DNA of 63,445 nucleotides, the filler included, from Bipalium vagum (Eukaryota), in the NCBI GenBank assembly GCA_037834085.1. It is 3 parts of 3 records of this genome, joined end to end, with 100 filler letters (N's around TTAATTAATTAA, not from the genome) between each part and the next. Parts side by side here need not be neighbours in the genome. Positions count along the whole stretch, not along the records: positions 47,612 to 63,445 come from JBBMKC010143298.1; 2 more parts are not named here. One strand, given 5' to 3'. The notes under the pieces are model-generated. The model searched no databases. It had not been told where the DNA came from and worked only from the letters and a program-made list of their open reading frames with translations. Made by a program: the position numbers and the translations under genes. This document shows, piece after piece, positions 54,301 to 63,445 of the stretch. The first letter of the stretch is position 1. Every line of letters begins with the position of its first letter.

Positions 54301-57300
54301 CAGATATACAACACATTTTCTGGTAGGATATATAAACTGAAGATAATTTCTTCCTTCTAATAGTTTATTTCTGACAGAAACTATTTTTATATAATTTATA
54401 TAGAAAAATATTTTAAACTTAAATAAAATTTTTAAAAAATCGATATGAAAATTTGAACCTCATAATAGTTATTTTATACAATTGATTGAAAATTCAACGT
54501 TGAACGAGCTTAAAAATGAAATTAATAAAAATTAAACCGAATATTTTTTCAAATGTTAAAAAAGAATAGCAGCCAGAAATCTCATTCAGTAAAGTTATGT
54601 GTAATAGTTACAACAAACGATTTAAAACATAATTTAAATTAAATTAAATATTAAAAAATCAATTTCAGTTACCTTTATAGTCACGAAAGAAAAGATTTTT
54701 AATTTTTTTAACGAATACAATACCAGAAACATACTGTTATCATAATAATTAAAAATATTGTAAAAAAATTGATAACTTCGTATAAAAAATTCAAAAATAT
54801 GAAAAAACAAAAATTCTGAAGTACTTAAAAATATCATTGAACCGATAAGGTATTTTTTATCGTATCATATGAAAAGATTTTAAGGCACTCATAAAAAATA
54901 ACTAGAAAAAGTAATTTGGTCAAATAAAACTGAGAAAAAGAATATAAAATATGATTGTAAAATAAAGGATTATAAATTATATAAAAATTAAATGTCATTT
55001 TAATTTAGAGCGCACTTGTTCAAATCTCTTTAAAGTGAAAATTTTTTTTAAATCAAAATATGATATGTTTATTTAATTTTCATATGAGCGCGTTAAATCA
55101 AATTAACACAAAATCTATTAAATTGTTTATTTTCTAGAAACATGTTTTTCTTTATTTTTTAGTTATTATTAGTTATTAGAAATGAAAAAGGGACTAATTA
55201 ATTGGCAACTAGTACATACAGAAAAGAAACTAATAATGGATTATATATGTCAAATAGGAGTTTCTGTGAGGAAAAATATATAAATGGCCTAATAAAAGTA
55301 TTTATACAGAATAATCAAGAGTAGTCATTACCATCCAATTATAAGCATATAGATAAAGAATTGGACATAATTACAGAAAGATTAATTATAAATACATATC
55401 CAGACAGAAATATATAGAAAATATATTAATTATATTATAATTATATTAATGATACTGTAACAAAATTAATTGCGTGAAACAATATTGAAAGAGATAATCC
55501 AAATCTAAACAAAAATAAAAAAGATGAGTTTAAAAAGGTCGTAAAAATACATTTTTCAAAATGACATAAAGCTTTCCAAAAAATACAGAAAAGGCTGCAC
55601 AAGTTGAGAATTTAAAAGTAATATCATTGATATCAAAAACGAAGAATTTATTTAAAATCAAAACCAGTGTTTTGGGTGTAATAAGCTATACATAGTAGAG
55701 GCGCAGCCTCATTAATAAGCATTTACAACCAAATAGAATTAGCAAAGCATTGGATCACTCATTAAACTGTGGTGAAAGAAAAGTAAGGTTAAAGAAGACG
55801 AATTCAGAATAATTATGGGAAATTTTGATAATTATGAAAGAAAGATATGCGAATCATTATTAATCAAAGAAAGGCAACTAAATATTAACATCCAAACTGA
55901 AGAGGGTAAAAATCAATGGGTCGCTATGTTTTCTGCAATTAATTAACAAGATAATTTTGTCAAATAACAAATAAGAAAAATAATTTGAAATTTATAGATA
56001 CCTTCATTTAGAAAGGTAAAATGTAAATATCAAATAAATGTTATTGACTGAAGAACTGAAAAGAAACGTTCGAGATATATATGTTTTAGAAAATAAATAT
56101 TTGAATAGATCTTGTGTAAATTTGATTAAACTCGCTTACATCAAAAAAAATTTTGTATATTCACAAGATAAATAAAAAATAGTCTAATGAAAGGATTAAT
56201 ACGAGTTTGGTCTTTAACATCGGATTATAAGCAGATCGACATAGAATTGAATGAATTTTAAGAAGGTTAAAATGTAATGCTTATCTAAATTGGAAAATCG
56301 AAGATGATAGAAGTTACTGTTGATAAATTAATGACTATGAAATTATAAAAATTCATTGTTAATAGGGATTCAAAAATATCAAAAGTAAAATATTGCAAAA
56401 ACGAAGAAATCAAAATATTGACTCCAATTTTATTGATGTGTTCACCTATACATAGGAGTGACACCTCAAAACGGGAATTAGTGAGCATTACAAAAAAAAC
56501 AAAAACAATTGTTAGATCATACTGTTGGTTGCAAAGAAAGAAAAAGAAATAAATATGCCAATAAAAATAAATTTAGTTTAGTAATGAACAACTTTGATAA
56601 TTATGAAAAACGAAAAATTTGTGAATCATTAGTAGTTAAAAAGCAGAAATCAATGAATAATCAATGTTTTCTTTATTTAAAATTTTAAAAAACAAGTTTT
56701 TAGAATTAAAAAATTATAGTTTTCTTTGGTCCAATAATAATAAAGATAATTTTATACAAATCATGATAGTGTTATCATTTGAAGATAACAGAATAGATTA
56801 TTAAAATAGACTGAAAAAGGTCTGAACTGAAAGAAAATATGTATCAAGATAGTATGATAAATAAACATTTTTTTTAAAAAGCAATATTTTAAAAATAAAA
56901 AATTCTTTTAATTACTAAAATAAATTTATCAAATTGTCGGTTAGAGACATAAAAACGCTTAATAAGTTCTAATGTGATTCAACAAAAAATATCAACATTC
57001 TCAACTTTCAAATATAAAACAAAAACCAAAAATTCCAAATAATACGATGATCGATAATTTTTTAAAAATTATTATTCTTTAAATAAATTGAAGATTTCTC
57101 GAGTCTTTCATTAATTAAAAATTATATTTTAACAGATAATCAATCTTTTAAGATTTTCTTTTGAATACAAATAAATAATTATCAATAAATTCAGTCAATT
57201 TTTATAAAATCATTAAAACCTAATAACGTGAAAATTAATTTAATTTTAATCATTTAAATATTAAAGCCTATATATAAAAAATCTTACTTTCTTTATATGT

Positions 57301-57387
57301 TAAAAGCTCTTCACATTTAGATTTAGATAAATTTGTATGAAACATTTTAGAGCCATCAACATTAATTGCAATATTGGATTGATTCAT
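48348..57387 (-). CDS. mnb: DYRK1/minibrain dual-specificity kinase, 3'-partial; exons 57387-57288 (probable), 51998-51331, 50713-50464, 50155-50016, 48516-48348
   Basis: [23 protein letters not shown] (DYRK1 signature, cf. [24 protein letters not shown]), YEYLIKPGEIW..QYSIEKLIGTGSFGQVVRA and VAIKIIKNKRNYVEQAYIEISLL; all junctions GT-AG and phase-compatible. The rest of the kinase domain is missing at the spacer. Confidence 0.88.
52223..54101 (-). mobile_element. Deleted Ty3/Gypsy LTR retrotransposon in the first coding intron of DYRK1
   Basis: Two matching LTR starts (TGTTATGTAA..TTGAATGGATACTTTTATAACT at 54101; TGTTACGTAA..TTGAATAGATACTTTTATAACT at 52549) and a PPT GGAGGGGGA before the 3' LTR. 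Internal remnants: gag CFCCGGEDHVRMHC, protease LWDSEAS, RT KYFSSIDL/WMPFEL, integrase GPY/F-like FEGSYKI. The lower boundary is approximate. Confidence 0.88.
55180..56860 (+). mobile_element. Two tandem Penelope-like (GIY-YIG) element relics
   Basis: SKALDHSLNCG...NYERKICESLLIKERQLNIN (about 55740-55890) and NYEKRKICESLVVKKQKSMN (about 56600-56660) resemble the PLE endonuclease C-terminus. Confidence 0.5.
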
Positions 57388-60300
57388 CTTGAAAAATTAA
57401 AATAAACAATATTTCATTGACAGGTATTTTCATTTTACGACAAAATGAATTTAAGAACTGTCCAAGATAGAATCATATATCCTCATTTATATCAATTAAA
57501 TTATTTTCTAAAATTGAAATTTTAAAAAATTAAAGAAAATATTTCTATGAGAATACAATAAATATTATTATACAATAAAATTATCTTTATATCGTTAAAA
57601 TATTAAGAAAATTAAAATAATAAAAAAGTAAATATTTCATTCCGAAATAGGGTATAAACAATTTAGTGCATGTTATAGTGTAAAACAAATATAGGTCATT
57701 AAGATTAAATATCCTTTTAATTTAAAAGTTTTAAAAGTTAACTCCTTAAAAGTATATTCTTTGAAAAATTATTCTAGATTTATTCCATAAAATATTTTAC
57801 ATTATTCCTGGTGTAATGAAATCAAATATTTATAATATGTAATTTAAAAATAACCTAAAGTTTCAATGAAAATCCGCGGAGATTATATACAAAGAGATTA
57901 TATATTTGTTAAATTTTTATTTTAATAACTTTTGACTCCAAATTCTTTTTAGTTACGTTTTCTTTTTGTTACTTTTTTATTTAAGTATAACTTTAAAAAA
58001 TTGCTTACTCTTAACTGTGTATTTATTAATGCGTTCTTCACTTTTGAATCAAATAATCCCAGTAATCCTTTTTATATAAGGAAATCAAAATAATCATAAT
58101 AAATCTTTATTTTCACTAACTATAATCACTTTAATTCAAAAAATAATCAAGTTAATCACACACAAAAATTCTGAGTCAAATAATAAAAAGACTGTAAGGA
58201 AATCATTATTTTTGTGGAATAATAAATTTGAATAAAAAATAATATTAATTTTGAAACAAGAAGAAAAGCAATAAAAAAATAATCTCACCCTAACCCAAAA
58301 ATGGGTCATTTGGATTACTGGTTGTCGCCTTACACATGATATAATCTTGCTCTATCATTATCATAAGGATCTAAACTCACGTAAAATAGAAATAGATTGA
58401 TGCAGCTGAAGTTCAAAAAAATAATCCTCAGAAGCTGGTAATAAAATTCTCCAATTCTTGTAAAATCTTCAACTTTTGCTAGAATAATGTTGGGATTTGT
58501 TCAATTAGAATAATATTTTCAACTATTTCTAACAAAACTTATTTGAAATCTAATTAATTAAAGTTTTCATACCTCACGACTAAAAACTTAAAAATTAATT
58601 TTATCATTATGAATATATAAAAATAATTGAAAAAGGAAAAAGAGTAAAAAAAAAAGAATAAACATACTCAGACCCTAGATTCTCGTTTAAGAACTCGGCC
58701 TAGAGATCCAGAGTATGTTTATTAATTTATATACTACTAGATTCTCGTTTTTGATTAGGAAATTTTGAAATAGGAAAAAAATATTAACTATTTTTTAGAA
58801 CTTTAAAAAACAATTTTTCATACAACTTAGCCAGTTTACACTCCGGCCGTGGCCTGGAACCACAGATACCCCGTTTGCGCAGAACACTCAACAAGGAAGT
58901 AAATATAAACTACTAACAACACCGACCCCATCCAGCACCAAACACCAAGCAGTAACAATTAAACGAAAAAATATATATATAACTTACTTAGCTTACCTGC
59001 CTCGGGCGTACACATCTTGACCAGGCCCTCTATCCTAGATCATAAATAACCTTGTGATTCCTACCCAATCCGACCATCGAATACCCGTACACTTTTTCCT
59101 CCCTGCTGATATAAAAATTCGAGTCCTTACGAGGGCTGTTACTTAAGGAGTCCGTACGGCCACTAATTCAGCCCATTGCACGCCGATCAGATCAAAATAC
59201 GGCATGCCTAAGCCGAATCATTGCAGCAGAGCTCTCCAAAGACCTCACAGTCAGTACCTTCAGGCCCCCGAGCGTGAACCCGACTTCTTTGAGTAAAAAT
59301 CATGTGCTATAACACCAAGTCTCCCTCTAATTGAGTGTTATACCTGTTAAGATCCTAAGATGATGGAATAAGTTGATGTTAAAAGTGGAGCTTGATATTA
59401 CTTAGGCCTTAACGGTTGAAGGTTGCTTATGAGTGTGTTCGGTTAGATTTATTTAATTTAACTAAGAAAAAAAATTATCCTTTAATACTTTTATTTTGGT
59501 TCAAACTAAAGTTTAATATTACAAATGGTGATATCGATTCTGACTGATTGGATTTTGTTAATTATAATTATTATTTATGAAAAATCCTCTCGCTCTTAGA
59601 CTCAGAGGTCCTCAATGAAGAAGAAAAATATATTTCACCGCCCTACTCAGCGTATGAAATATGAACAACAAAAAGAAAAAGGTAATAATAAAAAGGAACA
59701 AAAATGTTAAATGATCTTCAGATCCTGGCCTGAGTATTTAATTATTTATTTACTACAAACTGTGTCTTGTTTTAATTAAGGAATGAAATAAAAATATGAA
59801 TATAAGACTTATTTAAGATCGATCCTAGTCTTGTGAACCTTTGGTTCCAAGCTAGTTATATATTATATTATTAATATAAAACTTAATATTAGCGAGACTT
59901 TGTTACACGAGTGCAACAAGTATAAAGATTTAATTATTATTATTATAAATCAAACTCTTTTACTTAAAACTTTCCACAAATTATCTTTAAAATACTACTA
60001 ATAAAGAAAATAAAATAACAATGTATAAAGATACTAAAATTTATTATGATAGTAAAAACTTTGTAGTAAATGTGCAAAAAGTTTTAAAATAACGAAAATT
60101 TACTTATAAAATAAAAAGCATAAAGTTGTTCACTTGATATTTGAATGTTTGAATTCCACATACTGGTAATATCGTTTGGTTATTGGTATTAGGTATTGAA
60201 CTTTAGTTGTTTCTCCTGGCGGATTTGCGAGAGATGTTTTCAGTATAATCTTTGCTTCTGTTTATTTTTTTTGTTGGTTACTGTTCCTTAAATACTCTGT

Positions 60301-61089
60301 CGAGGCTGAGTTGGTCAGTCCTGGTAATAGTTTATCCGATGTGGGAGTGTTCTCTGTTTGAATGATGTTTTTCTTTGGTTGACTGATTTATGTTCAGTAG
60401 GTCAGAATTCCGAAAAAATTTCAGTAGGCTAAATTGTTGATAGAATTTGGTCTTGTCTGAGTCTGTTTGCTTAAAAAATAATTTAGCTTTTTTACTCCTT
60501 TATATTTTTTTGTCTGCCTTTCTTGCAATTTCTGCTTGCTTTTATATGCTTCTTAAATCCTTCTCTTTTAAAATTGGTAAGCCTTTGTTTCTTATTATAA
60601 TATTATTATTCTGCTTTTTTCTATTTTTATCATTTTTTTCATTTTTTTTTATATAAAAATTCTTATTAGTTTTCTATTAATGGTAACTTGATGTTACGAT
60701 ATTATTATTTTTCTTTAAAATATAATTTACAGGTAAATAAATAAATATGATCGCTACTTATACTAATACATGTTAATACTATATCTTATCTTATTTATTA
60801 ATGCTAATATTCATATGTCATTATTATACCTTTATTAAGCTATTTCATTTCCTTTTGTTTATTATTTATTATTATTTAATTATCGTTTTATTTTTAATAT
60901 TTCACATTAATCAGTCAAAATCGATTGATACATATATTTTTGATTATTAACCATTTCAAATAAAAAATAAAATTAAAAGAATACAATACAATACATGCTA
61001 TACATAAAAGAAAGAAGAATTTATCAATAATATCAAGGAAAATTGTCAAGACTTAAATCACAAATAATGTCAGAATAAATTATGTTAGA

Positions 61090-63010
61090 ATGTCAGTTTT
61101 TGGACTGCGCCGGGCTGGTTGGGACTGGTGGCGCTTGATTTGAACCTGTTTGCCTCAGTCTCCACAGTATGTACCATTTATTCACTTTACACATAAATTG
61201 AGTCCCGTGGTAACCTTTCAAAAAATAGTGCTACTCTCGTTTTAAACAATTTATTGGCTAGAAATCAATTTTAAAAATTCATTTTTAAAGATCACATTGG
61301 AGGTTCGTTAATAATCAGCGAACCTCTTGTAGTAAATGATTCTAATTTAATAAAAAGTTCTGTTGCTGGATTACGTGAAATCCTAAAAGCTCATATAGAT
61401 CCTCCTGTACATCATTTCACAGATCAAATTTTTGTTCAACATGTTGCCAAAAATAATAAAATTCAAAATGATACAATTTTGTGTGAAATGTTTATCAATT
61501 TGGGTCCCCGATCTAATAATACTTTTCTTGCACTTTTTATTATAATATTTTTTATTTCGATTACAAGCTTTATGTTTTTATTTAATAAAATATTTAAATA
61601 AGAAAAAATATTGTTGCTGTAAACATAATTATCAAACCCATATGGTAAATCCAGTTATGTATGAAATGACGGTATTATAGCGACTACAGTTAAACGTAGG
61701 GATTTTGATAAAATCCAATTGATTTAACATATTGCTTCTCATCAGTAACACACATCTATTGAACAAAATTGATAGAATGGTGTTCTTATTAATTATATTT
61801 TCAGTTGTATCAATGAATTCAAAATAGAATAATTCTCATGGGTTGAATACTGAACGTTCTATCAACCCAATCAAATCAGCTCCAAAATCAATCTCTTCAT
61901 CGATATCGATCAACGTTTTTTCATACACAATTTCTCTTAGTCAATATATGACTAGCGTCTCCCCAGATGCTGTTATTCACGTACAGAAGTTTAATAACTT
62001 TCTCTTCATTGAATCGATCAAATATCTGGAGGCATGGCCTATGCCTAATGATTGTTCAATATGTGAATTCTAAAACAAAAGAAATCCCCAAAGCCTTCAA
62101 ATTTGGTGTCAGAATTTTCTACATATACATGATAGTCAACTCAAAATATTTCTACCTCCATGAAGTTATACCGCATAACGAAACCAACATTTACCCCAAA
62201 AAACCCATTCATGAACATATATCTAACAATTCTGTTATTCTACGCATAGAATGAATTCCTGCACAACTTACAATCGAAAATTTTACCCAGATAAATGTGA
62301 AATTCTGATCGGCAGAGCTCAAACCTAATACTGTTCTTGTCATAGAAGATATAAAAGAACCCGTTTACAAATCATTTACCATTCTCCAACACAAACAGGA
62401 TTATATAAATCGTTCCTTGAGAGTCGAAAATCCTTATTTCCTTCCTACTCCCAAAAAATTAGGATACCCTTATCATCTTCATCGGAATGTTGTCTTTGCC
62501 AAAATAATCCGGCACCCAAGTTGATGAACAAGTCTTTCTTGCCATGCATGTTTTTGGATATGATGGCAAGGATATCTTTCAAGATATTTTATCTCCTAGT
62601 AGACGTTTCTAATCCAATTTTGAACAAACAGGCATCACGGACTTCGCTTTCCAAAACAGTTTATATGAACCCGAGGCATGTATTTTTTTCCAAGACTCAG
62701 TAAAAGGAAAAATACTAGTGGAATCCAGTTTGAGTATCTTTTAACTCAACGTGGTGCTTCAACAACACACATTTCAGGATACATCGATCTGCAGTTTATT
62801 TCCCAATTAAGAAATATGCTACACTTGAAACCCAAAGCCACATTACGCTTATTACCCTTGACCAATAGATTTAATATACCTGAAATGGTAACCCCTACAA
62901 AACAAGGTCCCGAATGGAGACAGGTGCAGTGTGTCAAACAAACACGTGCTCCGAGAAATATGGTTCAAAATTGAATTATCAGTAAGAGCTGACCTAACAT
63001 CCACAAATAC
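61090..63010 (-). mobile_element. Highly degenerate LTR-retrotransposon pol relic
   Basis: Scattered minus-strand fragments (CWRMVNDL; SIILDRGPN, cf. IxSDRG); no intact ORF. Confidence 0.3.
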
Positions 63011-63157
63011 ACAATGTTAACAAAATACTTTTTTAAACCTACTACCTACTTATATTGATTTTTTTTATTTACTGTAAATGAATTTTCCCCCAAATATAAA
63101 TAATAAATATCATTATTAGTATCATTATTGTTAACATTATTGTTAACATTATTGTTG

Positions 63158-63159
<2 letters not shown>

Positions 63160-63226
<67 letters not shown>
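63160..63226. repeat. (ATT)n microsatellite near window end
   Basis: Triplet run. Confidence 0.92.
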
Positions 63227-63227
<1 letters not shown>

Positions 63228-63445
63228 ATATATATAAGAAAATATATAAAATAATTACAAAAAATTTAAAAAGTAAATAAGAATTTCTAAAAATAGACTA
63301 TAAGTGAAAATAATAAAACATTATCAGTAAATAAGTATTTTGTGTATATATATATATATATATGTATGTATGTTACGATATTATCTCACTATGAACCCTG
63401 TCGTAACCTTAGCTCGGAACGTTACTGACCCCTTCACTTGTTCCT

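Noticed and set aside
10344-57387. A neural or neurosecretory gene cluster (neuropeptide + ZNF + unc-13 + DYRK1)
   Set aside because: The genes are on three contigs joined by artificial spacers, and unc-13 and DYRK1 are both truncated at those spacers, so linkage is unsupported.
58990-59010. U1 snRNA 5' end (CTTACCTG)
   Set aside because: No U1 stem-loops or Sm site follow; it is simply the reverse complement of a splice-donor-like sequence.

Overview
AT-rich eukaryotic (animal) genomic DNA with short GT-AG introns (many 40-75 nt); it is not prokaryotic. Neuropeptide and zinc-finger features suggest a spiralian/lophotrochozoan, which is an inference. The window is three contigs (1-26581, 26682-47511, 47612-63445) joined by 100-nt spacers (N44-TTAATTAATTAA-N44, stops in all six frames), so adjacency across spacers is unproven. 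Contig 1 holds a compact two-exon amidated-neuropeptide precursor (minus strand, 10344-10777), an intronless two-finger C2H2 protein (plus, 17999-19447) and a complete 8-exon RCE1 CAAX protease (minus, 22342-25462). Contig 2 holds the last 16 exons of UNC-13/Munc13 (MUN and C2C domains). Contig 3 holds the first 5 coding exons of a DYRK1/minibrain kinase. The rest is mostly decayed Tc1/mariner, pogo, Ty3/Gypsy, LINE and Penelope-like relics plus microsatellites. The most interesting item is the neuropeptide precursor, which combines PxFVamide (MIP-type), xREFVamide and unrecognised YxEIIamide peptides in one protein. Also notable are a putative lineage-specific N-terminal domain in the zinc-finger protein, clustered RFX X-boxes and GC-richer non-coding islands near it, and two miRNA-like hairpins.
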